Of a stretch of 64,000 nucleotides of DNA, positions 28,276 to 35,787 are shown piece by piece (position 1 is the stretch's first letter; the number at the start of each line of letters is the position of its first letter). Made by a program: the position numbers and the translations under genes. The stretch is from Candidatus Altimarinota bacterium (GTDB lineage: Bacteria; Patescibacteriota; Gracilibacteria; UBA4473), in contig JAHDHX010000007.1 of the NCBI GenBank assembly GCA_020631075.1, positions 3,192 to 67,191 of the forward strand, given 5' to 3'. The notes beneath the pieces are model-generated. The model worked only from the letters and a program-made list of their open reading frames with translations, was not told the origin of the DNA and searched no databases.

Positions 28276-28586
28276 AAACACTGTCTGAGAATGAACCAAC
28301 AAGGGTAACGAGCAAGAACAATAGCGAATGCGAAAGGACGCGCCGATGGAGCGCAGCGGAATCAAGTCCCCTGAAGCATTCAAGATGACAGGTTGTCAGT
28401 CTGCAGACATCCGAAGTGATCGCGTCACCTGGCTCAGAGCCTAGCGATCGCCGAGGAAGAGGAGCGGTGAGAGAGCCAGTCGGGAGCGGTAAGCGACCCA
28501 CGGCGAAATCACCCAGCGACGACCTGAAGCATTCAAGATGGTCGAGTGACTGTTGTCTGACATCCGAGGTGATCGCGCTGTGTGGC

Positions 28587-29414
28587 TCATGGTGTAGCGG
28601 TCGCCGAGGAAAGGCGAGCGATCACAGAGCCAGGTGCGCCGTTTGGGCGCTGCGCCCAAACCAGCTCCGGCGGAGTGATCCAGCGAGCCCTCCACCACGT
28701 CAGCTGCCGCTTCGCATACTTCCGCGTACGCTGCGCTAGCTTCCTGACGGCTTCGGCTTCGGTCAGCAGCCCACGGTCATATGCACGGGCCTCGGCCAGG
28801 CCCACGGTGGTCAGGGCGTTGTGCACGGCGGGGGGGGCGTGCTGGTGGGCGTGTCGGGCTTCCGCCAGCAGCCCTGGCCCCCACATCTGGGCCGCCCGCT
28901 GGTTTATCCGCTCATACAACACCTCCCGCGGCCAGTCTATGCCATACAGACAGCTGGGGTACCTCGGCACATTGGGCAAGCCGTCTTCCCAGCTCCACCC
29001 ACCACAGATCCCATCCACCCACAGCATGGTGCCCCCACACAGCAGCACCCGCTTGTCGGCGGCATGGGCCGCGTCTATCACCCCATACGCATACTCCGCA
29101 AACCGCTTCGCGTCCCACTTTTCGTGCAGGTCAGCAATGCTCAGGCCATAGTGGGGCACCCCCCGCATTTCCGCCGCTGATATTTGCGCCGTGGCGATGG
29201 GCATCCCGCGATATATCTGCCGACTATCGACCGACACCACCACTGCGTCACCCAGCGCCAGCGCTACTTCCACGGCCCAGTCGCTCTTGCCACTGGCCGT
29301 CGGCCCGACGATCGCGCACAGCCCCCGCGGGTGGTCAGCATACCACCGCACTATTTCGGCGGTGGCACGCGCCCGCGGGTCATTCACGTCATTCTTATTC
29401 GCCAGTGCAGTCAT
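28587..29414 (-). CDS. miaA: tRNA dimethylallyltransferase
   Basis: It has the P-loop IVGPTASGKSDWAVEVA and ..RQIYRGMPIATA.., ..TRKYAKRQLTWWR... The last ~33 codons (28587-28687) are read from repeat unit U6, so the native C-terminus is probably replaced. Confidence 0.85.
   Translation of the reverse strand: MTALANKNDVNDPRARATAEIVRWYADHPRGLCAIVGPTASGKSDWAVEVALALGDAVVVSVDSRQIYRGMPIATAQISAAEMRGVPHYGLSIADLHEKWDAKRFAEYAYGVIDAAHAADKRVLLCGGTMLWVDGICGGWSWEDGLPNVPRYPSCLYGIDWPREVLYERINQRAAQMWGPGLLAEARHAHQHAPPAVHNALTTVGLAEARAYDRGLLTEAEAVRKLAQRTRKYAKRQLTWWRARWITPPELVWAQRPNGAPGSVIARLSSATATP
28620..28680 (+). repeat. Z3-type nested hairpin, copy B
   Basis: The outer stem is GATCAC (28620-25) / GTGATC (28675-80). 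The inner stem is GTTTGGGCG (28641-49) / CGCCCAAAC (28653-61). Copy C lies at 58258-58316: outer GATCAC/GTGATC, inner CTTTGGGGG/CCCCCAAAG. Confidence 0.7.
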
Positions 29415-29437
29415 TCTGCCCTACAGTCTACAGCGTC

Positions 29438-30121
29438 ATGCTGTCTGTCAACGTCGTCGAACGCACCCTCCGCCTCCGGATCAACGATCGGGTCGGCACA
29501 GGGTTCGTCTACGACCACGACGGTCGGCAATACCTCCTGACGGCGCGGCACATCTGGGGTGAGTCACCGGGCCTGGGCTACATTGAGGTCTATCGCAACG
29601 CCCAGTGGGACCGCCTCGCAGCGGAGTCCCTCGGCCACTCGGGCGACATCCTCGTCTTGTCGGTCAATGACCGTCTCACCACCCGCGCGGCCGTGCCACC
29701 GGTGCACCGCGTGGGCATGGGGCAAGACGTCTACATTCTCGGCTTCCCCCTCAACCTCAAGTCCCAAGCCCACCACGCGGGCCACACCGTGCCCATCCCG
29801 TTCGTGAAGAAATCACTGCTCTCCGCCGCGCTCGAAACCCCCCCCAGCGGCCAGGTCCTCTACCTCGACGCTATCTTGGCGGGGGGTTTCAGCGGCGGGC
29901 CGGTGCTGGCCTACACACCGTCGGCGCCCGCCCCGCAGCGCTGGGCACTGCTGGGGCTGGTCTCGGGCTACATTTCCGAGCACCACCGCGGCACCGTCCG
30001 CACCCGCGACGGCGAATACTCCGTCCAGAGCCCCCGCAACACGGGCATCACCGTTGGGTGGTCACTGGCGCACGCCGTGCGGGTCATCCACCAGCGCCCT
30101 GAGGGGTTTGAGTTGGGGTGA
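29438..30121 (+). CDS. trypsin-like (S1/PA clan) serine peptidase
   Basis: From MLSVNVVERT.., the catalytic-triad candidates are LLTARHIW (His), DILVLSV (Asp) and GGFSGGPVL (Ser). The 219-codon N-terminal extension in the ORF track (antisense to miaA) was rejected. Confidence 0.7.
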   Translation: MLSVNVVERTLRLRINDRVGTGFVYDHDGRQYLLTARHIWGESPGLGYIEVYRNAQWDRLAAESLGHSGDILVLSVNDRLTTRAAVPPVHRVGMGQDVYILGFPLNLKSQAHHAGHTVPIPFVKKSLLSAALETPPSGQVLYLDAILAGGFSGGPVLAYTPSAPAPQRWALLGLVSGYISEHHRGTVRTRDGEYSVQSPRNTGITVGWSLAHAVRVIHQRPEGFELG

Positions 30122-30134
30122 CTGATAAATAAAA

Positions 30135-30164
30135 TTGAATTATATTGCACTAATGCTTTATAAT
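30135..30164 (+). promoter_or_regulatory. putative promoter of the 704-aa island gene
   Basis: TTGAAT-18 nt-TATAAT is present. The -10 element ends 6 nt before the ATG at 30171, which implies a leaderless or very short-leader mRNA. Confidence 0.45.
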
Positions 30165-30170
30165 TAATTT

Positions 30171-32285
30171 ATGGAAAAAGAGAGTAATGAAACCGAGAGT
30201 GGGCTGTTTTATTGTGAAGTGGAACTCAAACCAATTCCACCAAACATTTTAAGTAGAATACAAAAGAAATTTTTGAAATACTCGATTATTGATGGAAATA
30301 ACTTGAGTTATTCAACGTCATTTGCAGACGAAGATTATTATGATTTGTATAAATATTTTAAATCTCACGGACTGAGCGCTGTATTAACAGAAGAGCAAAA
30401 AAGCAAAATTACTAAAATTGAAAAGATACCTTTGAAGCAAATTGAATGGAAGAAACAATTTTTATCAAAAAAAGGTGAATGGTGGATAGAAAAAAATGGC
30501 ACAATTTATTGGGGAATAGACTCAGGCCTAAATTCAGCTTTATACAGTGCCATAAGTAGAAAAAGCATTGAAGAAGTTTTGAATTTAAACTTGTTTGAAG
30601 GTCAGATTTTAGTTCAATCTACGGTTACAAAAATTAAGAAATTCACAGAAGATTTATTATCAATTGATGAGTTAAAAATAGAAAAAAAGAGGAGGAAAAA
30701 TAAAGAAGGAAGTTCGAATGATCTAATGACAAAAAAAGGTGATTACTGGATTGAATTTGGAGGGAAAGTAATTATTTCTATTCCTTCCTCGGATACAGCT
30801 TTGTATCTGTTTCAAAATAGAAATAAATTATCAAAGATTATCCCAAATATTTGGAGAAATAAGACTATTCTAGTAGTTAAGAGAAAAGTGTTTGAGAAAT
30901 TGAAGGAAAATGTAAATCGATCTGAAATATATTTTGTGGGAAAAGATCTTGATGGTAATTTAATTGAAAATGGAAATCCTAAATCTGGTGTAGGTTTAAT
31001 CAAAATTCAGGAAATAATTGAAAAGAGAGATATTAAATTGACTCCAAGTCAGATTGAAAAATTAATAGGTATCTCTAGCGAATTACAAGATCTTTTTGAG
31101 TTATCCGAATTTCAAGAAAATTGGAGTACTGGAAAAATTAAATCCCACAATCCAGCACTATATAAACAGTCAAAAACATGGGCAAAAAAGCTCAAAACAG
31201 ATTTCACCGATTTTCTTTCTATTTTTGCTGGAATCGAAGACAGCAATTCAAAGTATTTGACCAGTGAGATGAAAGCTGAAAAAGACAGTAAAGAAAAAAT
31301 GCAAAGGATTACATCTGACTTAATCGAATGGTTGAAAATAAAACAGGTAGGAGAATGGTATATAAATGACATTCCAAATACTTCAGTGCGTTCCAAAATT
31401 CAAATTTTATCTAAAAACATAGCTGACAAATCATTATTTCTAGAAAGATTTCTCATCAAATACGCAGAAGAGTTATCAGAGAATGAGAACAAAAAAAATC
31501 AATTAAAAAGTGAAATCAAAGCATTACTCTCTTTGAATCCTGTGAAAAGCCTAAGTAAGGAGATACCGAAGAATAAAGAGATGTTAAAAGAAAGAACGAT
31601 TAAAGAAATCATATCAGTTTCTGGGTCTTCTTGGTCAATAAATACACTTTCTAAAGCCTCACAAACAATTCTTAAAAGATACCTAAAAACGTCAAACCAA
31701 GAGTTTAAGAAAATAGCAGGAGCAAAAAATTCTATAAATGAAAAAATTCTTTTTGAGGATTGGCTTAATGATAGCTTTGAGATACTGAAAACTTATAAAC
31801 CATACGGATACTCAAATTACATGATTAAGAAAAAATTTAGTGAATATACAATGAATCTAAAAGTAAAAAAACCCTCGGATATCGAGAAAGTAGATAGATC
31901 ACTTTATAAAGCAATTTGCAGGAACATTAGTCGTAAAGGGAAATCATTGTGGCTCTATTTAATATTAAACTCTTTACCAGAAGTGTTTGTAAATAAAAAG
32001 CGCTACAAGTTTACTTTAGAAAATGAAATTATTTATAGAGGTGAGGGAAGTGCCAAAAAACAAGGCCATAACGATCCAGAGCTATTTATAAATAAATTTA
32101 AAAAAAGTAGTGCACAAACGCCCGAAGAAATAATGATTGCTAATGAAAGTTTGGATTTACTGCGAAATGGCCTTTCTGTAGTAAGAAATAACCCTCAATA
32201 CGCCGATTTTGTTGCTCGATACGAAGAAGAGGGAGAAATAACCCCAGAACTGGTTTCGATATTGAAGGAAGTGTTAAAGATTTGA
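30171..32285 (+). CDS. hypothetical 704-aa Lys/Glu/Asn/Ile-rich protein encoded on a strongly AT-rich island
   Basis: Uninterrupted 704-codon ORF in sequence whose composition differs sharply from both flanks. It contains internally repeated segments (KKGEWWIEKNGTIYWGIDSGLNSALYSAI / KKGDYWIEFGGKVIISIPSSDTALYLF / VGEWYINDIPNTSVRSKIQIL / SGSSWSINTLSKASQTIL). No known domain was recognised. Confidence 0.75.
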   Translation: MEKESNETESGLFYCEVELKPIPPNILSRIQKKFLKYSIIDGNNLSYSTSFADEDYYDLYKYFKSHGLSAVLTEEQKSKITKIEKIPLKQIEWKKQFLSKKGEWWIEKNGTIYWGIDSGLNSALYSAISRKSIEEVLNLNLFEGQILVQSTVTKIKKFTEDLLSIDELKIEKKRRKNKEGSSNDLMTKKGDYWIEFGGKVIISIPSSDTALYLFQNRNKLSKIIPNIWRNKTILVVKRKVFEKLKENVNRSEIYFVGKDLDGNLIENGNPKSGVGLIKIQEIIEKRDIKLTPSQIEKLIGISSELQDLFELSEFQENWSTGKIKSHNPALYKQSKTWAKKLKTDFTDFLSIFAGIEDSNSKYLTSEMKAEKDSKEKMQRITSDLIEWLKIKQVGEWYINDIPNTSVRSKIQILSKNIADKSLFLERFLIKYAEELSENENKKNQLKSEIKALLSLNPVKSLSKEIPKNKEMLKERTIKEIISVSGSSWSINTLSKASQTILKRYLKTSNQEFKKIAGAKNSINEKILFEDWLNDSFEILKTYKPYGYSNYMIKKKFSEYTMNLKVKKPSDIEKVDRSLYKAICRNISRKGKSLWLYLILNSLPEVFVNKKRYKFTLENEIIYRGEGSAKKQGHNDPELFINKFKKSSAQTPEEIMIANESLDLLRNGLSVVRNNPQYADFVARYEEEGEITPELVSILKEVLKI

Positions 32286-32289
32286 TTTT

Positions 32290-32363
32290 TGGCATCCCTC
32301 CGTGGGATCGAACCACGAGTTTCCCCTTAGGAGGGGGACGTTTTTCCATTAAACTAGAGGGAC
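32290..32363 (-). tRNA. tRNA-Arg (anticodon CCT), CCA encoded
   Basis: The minus strand reads GTCCCTC-TA-GTTT-AATGGAA-AAAC-G-TCCCC-CTCCTAA-GGGGA-AACT-CGTGG-TTCGATC-CCACG-GAGGGAT-G-CCA. This gives a full cloverleaf with a canonical T-arm and anticodon loop CT-CCT-AA. Pair 1-72 is G-U. Confidence 0.85.
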
Positions 32364-32388
32364 ACTTCACTCATCCGCCGCCCGCACC

Positions 32389-32835
32389 TCACTGCCCCAG
32401 CCCCTGCAGCAACCGCCCGATCTCCCCCCCGATGGCCCCCGTCGTCGTGCCGCCCCCTGGGTTAAAGTTTACCCCACTCCCACCCACGCCGTTGCCGCCA
32501 GTGGCGCCGTTGCCCAGCATATTCCCCAGCCCCCCCAGCCCAAAGTCAAAGTCCTTCAGCCCGTCGAAGACCGAAAACAGCGACTGGAGGAATTCCCGCG
32601 CCGCCAGCAACGACAGCACAAACACCACCCCCCAGATCAAGTGCTTCACCCACGACCCCGCCACCGACATCCGCCAGTGTTTGTGCTGGGTGCGCTGCAT
32701 CTCCAGCGACTGCTCCTGCGCGACGATCAACCGCGCCAGCAGCTTGTTGGTCTGGTGTTGCTGGGCTATCAGCCGCTCCACGGGGGGCACGGGTGGGGGC
32801 GGGGTGGTCAGGGGGTCAGGGGCTGGCGTGGTCAT
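32389..32835 (-). CDS. hypothetical membrane protein with a Gly-rich C-terminus
   Basis: ORF with one TM helix (LIWGVVFVLSLLAA) and a GGxG-rich tail. The start was chosen at MTTPAPDP. No family was recognised. Confidence 0.45.
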   Translation of the reverse strand: MTTPAPDPLTTPPPPVPPVERLIAQQHQTNKLLARLIVAQEQSLEMQRTQHKHWRMSVAGSWVKHLIWGVVFVLSLLAAREFLQSLFSVFDGLKDFDFGLGGLGNMLGNGATGGNGVGGSGVNFNPGGGTTTGAIGGEIGRLLQGLGQ

Positions 32836-32863
32836 GGCACTTGGGCTACTATGCTCCGTGATT

Positions 32864-33157
32864 ATGGCATTCAACCCCCTCAAAGCAACTCTCGCTCACT
32901 TCGCCCATCGGCGACCGCTGCTGCGCACCGCGCACGCCAGCGGCGTGTGCGCCTGGGCGCGGCGGCATCTGGAGGCTACCTACCCCCCGTTGGACTACCA
33001 GCACATCATTTTTGCTGACCACACCCTGACCATCGCCACCCACAATTCCGCCGACCACCAGTTTTTGTCCCTCCGCCAGCCCGACCTCCTCACCGCCCTG
33101 CAGGGTGAATTTGGCCCCAGCACCGTGCAGGGCGTCCGCCTCACCCACCAGCTCTAG
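32864..33157 (+). CDS. DUF721/DciA-like small protein (tentative)
   Basis: ..VCAWARRHLE..IIFADHTLTIATHNSADHQFLSLRQPDLLTALQGEFGPSTVQGVRL.. follows the DUF721 pattern (W...., L.v.v.s..w...L......l...l). The start is uncertain (32834 or 32864). Confidence 0.4.
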   Translation: MAFNPLKATLAHFAHRRPLLRTAHASGVCAWARRHLEATYPPLDYQHIIFADHTLTIATHNSADHQFLSLRQPDLLTALQGEFGPSTVQGVRLTHQL

Positions 33158-33161
33158 CCCC

Positions 33162-33716
33162 ATGCCCCGCTTCCAGCGTCTCCCGTCCCACGTCCGCTAC
33201 CCCCGCACCTACCTGCGACTGGTGTTGGCTGGGGTGGTGCTGGCGCCAGTGTTTTCGCTCGGGTTGACGGTCTGGCTGTCTCGGCAGCCCTTCGGCACGG
33301 CGCCGTCACTGTTTGGGCTGCCCCTGTGGCAGTTTATCGGCCTGGTGGCCTTGGCGCAGGTGCTGGTCGCGGCCCAGTTCACCTGGGCGGAGCTCCGCCC
33401 ACGCCTCGCGCGGCACACCCGCCTGCGGCAGATCGGTCGGCCCGTGTCAGTGCCCGCCGACGGCTTTTCGGCGGGCCGCGCGGGCTACGTCTTCACCGTT
33501 GGGGGGCAGCAGTTCCAGACCCCACTCCTCCCCACGCACTTCCGCCAGCCGGCCCAGTCCATCCCCCTGTGGCAGCACCCGTCTGACCCCACCGACATCG
33601 CCGTGCACTGGCGCCAGGCCGCTGACAGCACGGCCACGGTCACCCCCTTGGCCGGCACCACCCCGCTGGTGGCCCCGCTGGCGAGCCAGTCCACCACTCA
33701 CCCAGCCGGCTCATGA
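33162..33716 (+). CDS. hypothetical membrane protein
   Basis: Two predicted TM helices follow MPRFQRLPSH... The stop overlaps the next start (ATGA at 33713-33716). Confidence 0.45.
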   Translation: MPRFQRLPSHVRYPRTYLRLVLAGVVLAPVFSLGLTVWLSRQPFGTAPSLFGLPLWQFIGLVALAQVLVAAQFTWAELRPRLARHTRLRQIGRPVSVPADGFSAGRAGYVFTVGGQQFQTPLLPTHFRQPAQSIPLWQHPSDPTDIAVHWRQAADSTATVTPLAGTTPLVAPLASQSTTHPAGS

Positions 33717-35242
33717 CCCAGCGCCTACTGCTTTGGCTCTGTTTGACGTTTCTGCTTGTGCCGCTGCCACGCGCTAGCCACAGCCAGTCCCTCGGGCCCC
33801 AGATCGACCAACTCCTCGAGTCCTACTATTCAGGCACCTACGACCTCGTCATCGACCAAGCGCTCATCACGTCCAGTCAGTCAGGCTGGCAGCCCAGCTT
33901 CCGCCAGACCCCCGTCATCGACCAAGTCCAACGCCTCCGCACCCAGCTGGAGTCCGACCGCCGCGCCCTCACCCAGCTGGAAGCCACCGCCACCCGCACC
34001 GTCAGCGCCCTGCAAGCGGCCCGCGCCCAGTCGTCCGACGCCCAGCTGCGGCTGCAAGCCACCCAAGCCCAGATTACTATTTTAGAGGACAAGATCACCA
34101 AGCTCGAAACCGTCGCCGCCCAGTGGGAGGCCGCGCGCCAGACCACCACCCGCCAAGCGTATGAGGCCCGCCTTGTCCTGCGCGCCCTCGGGCGTGAAGC
34201 CGCCGCCGACAAACGTGACCAGTACCTCGCGCGTGAGAACCAACTCTGGACAGGCCAGTGGCAAGCCCTCGAGTGGCTGCTGGGGGAGGAGTCAATGGCC
34301 GACATCATCGAGCGCGAACGCCGCGCCCAGTGGGCCCGCGCCAGTGCCCGCGCTTCGTTGGCAGCCGTGGGCAACATCCGTGCTAATCTCGAACAAGCCG
34401 AAATCCGCCAGAGCCTCTACGCCCAGCGGGTCACCCAGCTCGAATCCCAGCTGACTACCGCTCGGGCAGAGCTCCAGCAGGCGCTCACCACGCAAAACCA
34501 AACCGTCACCGCCAGCCGCCAGACCACGCAGCAGCTGGAGTCACGCCTGGCCGCCCAGTCCCAGCAGCTTACGACCCAGCAGGCCACCACCCGCCAGACC
34601 GCCCAGCAACTCACCGAAGCAGAAACCACCGTCGACACCACTGGGCAAGACGTCCCCACTGACATCCGTCTGGCGGCCGTCGGCCAGTTTGTGCCCCCAG
34701 TGGCAGGCCCTGCCCCGCTCACCGCCACCTTCCGCGACCCCACCTACGCGGCGGACTTCGGCGTCGACCATAATGGCCTCGACATCGCCCTGACCGTCGG
34801 CACCCCTGTGCTGGCCAGCCGCGACGGTATAGTGCAGGAGGTCAAAGCCGACGGCACCGACTATAATCTCACTCTCCAGCACGCAGACGACTGGTTTACC
34901 GTCTACGGCCACCTGTCCGAGACATTCGTCCTCCCGGGGGACCTCATCACCGCTGGCACCCCCGTGGGGCGCAGCGGCGGCGCAGGCGGCGGCCACAGCA
35001 CGGGCCCTCACCTCCATTTTGAAGTCATCCATCAGGGGCTCTACCTCGACCCCCTGCAGGTGCTCACGGGGTTCGACTATTCACTGGCAGGCCCAGACGC
35101 CCTCGTCCCCAGCCTCGCCACGCCCCCCACCCCCACGCTTGACGCCCCTGCCGACGACTCCACTCCCCAGAGTGGGGGAGTCACCTCCGCCAGCTCGCCC
35201 GCAGACACTTTCCCAGAGATCGACCTTCCCTTTTATGATTGA
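33713..35242 (+). CDS. M23-family (LytM-type) peptidoglycan endopeptidase with a long Gln/Ala-rich coiled-coil
   Basis: The C-terminal domain has ..DHNGLDIALTVGTPVLASRDGIV.. and ..GPHLHFEV.. (HxxxD / HxH metal ligands). A signal/TM segment is present at the N-terminus. Confidence 0.8.
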   Translation: MTQRLLLWLCLTFLLVPLPRASHSQSLGPQIDQLLESYYSGTYDLVIDQALITSSQSGWQPSFRQTPVIDQVQRLRTQLESDRRALTQLEATATRTVSALQAARAQSSDAQLRLQATQAQITILEDKITKLETVAAQWEAARQTTTRQAYEARLVLRALGREAAADKRDQYLARENQLWTGQWQALEWLLGEESMADIIERERRAQWARASARASLAAVGNIRANLEQAEIRQSLYAQRVTQLESQLTTARAELQQALTTQNQTVTASRQTTQQLESRLAAQSQQLTTQQATTRQTAQQLTEAETTVDTTGQDVPTDIRLAAVGQFVPPVAGPAPLTATFRDPTYAADFGVDHNGLDIALTVGTPVLASRDGIVQEVKADGTDYNLTLQHADDWFTVYGHLSETFVLPGDLITAGTPVGRSGGAGGGHSTGPHLHFEVIHQGLYLDPLQVLTGFDYSLAGPDALVPSLATPPTPTLDAPADDSTPQSGGVTSASSPADTFPEIDLPFYD

Positions 35243-35267
35243 CTACAATGAAAATATAATTTAAAAT
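35239..35267 (+). promoter_or_regulatory. near-consensus sigma-70 promoter of the 163-aa cassette
   Basis: TTGACT (35239-44)-17 nt-TAAAAT (35262-67). The -35 element overlaps the M23 peptidase stop codon. Confidence 0.55.
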
Positions 35268-35295
35268 TAGAATAATTCATAAACATCACCTAAAT

Positions 35296-35787
35296 ATGTC
35301 AGAAGAAGTAACAAATATCGATTACGCTCTCGAAAAAGGATTTACCCCAGAGGTGGTAAATTTCCCAGACGGAACGAAGTTCATCAACGACTTGAGTGGC
35401 TGGACTACGGAGCAAATTGACCTTATGACCAAACTTTCACCAATGCAGCTGAAGCTTCACCATGCGTATCAAGAATATTTTGCATTGATAAATAAAATGA
35501 AGCAACTATTGGATGAACGTGGATTCCAGACAACAATTGGTTCTGCCCCAGCTGATGAGTACGCTCAATTTCTAAAAAGTTTGCAGCCAGAAACTCAGCG
35601 CATTATAACCACAGGAGGAGGCAATGGACTTATGTTTATGGCAGCAAGTGCTGATAACTTTAATCAAATAATTGATACTAAGTTTAGAAAAGAAATGGAT
35701 GAAAAACAATTAGCAGAAAGCTTAAAGTCAGCGGAGAGTGAATGTGATACAATCAGAAAAATATTGCACGTGATTCAAAATTATTAA
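35296..35787 (+). CDS. hypothetical 163-aa protein on a small AT-rich cassette
   Basis: Clean ORF with its own promoter and a downstream inverted-repeat structure. No motif was recognised. Confidence 0.6.
   Translation: MSEEVTNIDYALEKGFTPEVVNFPDGTKFINDLSGWTTEQIDLMTKLSPMQLKLHHAYQEYFALINKMKQLLDERGFQTTIGSAPADEYAQFLKSLQPETQRIITTGGGNGLMFMAASADNFNQIIDTKFRKEMDEKQLAESLKSAESECDTIRKILHVIQNY

Larger units (their letters stand above)
26987..28687 (+). repeat. array 1 of modular hairpin repeats (X-Y-Z units plus H hairpin)
   Basis: Units by eye: U0 26987-27188, U1 27192-27390, U2 27446-27626 and U3 27678-27889. A collapsed remnant lies at 27986-28031 and the H module at 28238-28300. U5 spans 28323-28522 and U6 spans 28523-28687. 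The shared modules are AGCGAATGCG..AGCATTCAAGA (X), ACATCCGAG-hairpin-GAGGAA (Y) and GAGGAGCGGTGAG..CACCCAGCGACGA (Z). The same modules recur at three other loci in the window. Confidence 0.85.

Noticed and set aside
28330-28375. tRNA-like T-arm (GGAATCAAGTCCC / GGGATCAAGCCC) inside the X version-2 interior, suggesting a tRNA-derived SINE-like origin
   Set aside because: No 5-bp T-stem, no acceptor or anticodon arms, and no cloverleaf can be drawn. The resemblance is limited to about 10 nt.
27175-28501. ORF-track ORFs inside the repeat arrays as real genes: 27175-27489, 27255-27509, 27451-27666, 27554-27856 and 28052-28501. The same question applies to 51967-52359, 52193-52417, 57973-58182, 62821-63054 and 62881-63168.
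   Set aside because: Copies are conserved at the nucleotide level, but indels shift the reading frame between copies. Substitutions are not biased towards synonymous positions. The ORFs are by-products of GC-rich repeats.
26987-28687. Could the repeat arrays be CRISPR arrays?
   Set aside because: The repeat units are 165-212 nt long, composite and variable. The intervening unique segments range from 3 to more than 200 nt. No short, exactly spaced direct repeats occur, and no cas genes are present in the window.
28781-29437. The 446-aa version of the serine peptidase ORF, and similar N-terminal extensions of lysS (to 3693), rbfA (to 13500), pgl (to 14036), tal (to 17593) and purC (from 53318).
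   Set aside because: The extensions overlap neighbouring genes or intergenic DNA and have Pro/Arg-rich non-conserved sequence. Internal Met codons coincide with the canonical N-termini of the families.
29438-32285. Trypsin-like peptidase and the 704-aa ORF as one two-gene (protease + effector) system
   Set aside because: There is a sharp compositional break between the two genes at about 30122. The 704-aa gene has its own promoter. The peptidase has backbone composition. Co-function cannot be supported from sequence.
30100-32370. att sites or an integrase marking the tRNA-Arg-adjacent island
   Set aside because: I could not find a duplicate of the tRNA 3' segment at the left island border, and there is no integrase or recombinase ORF. 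A computational repeat search would be needed to be sure.
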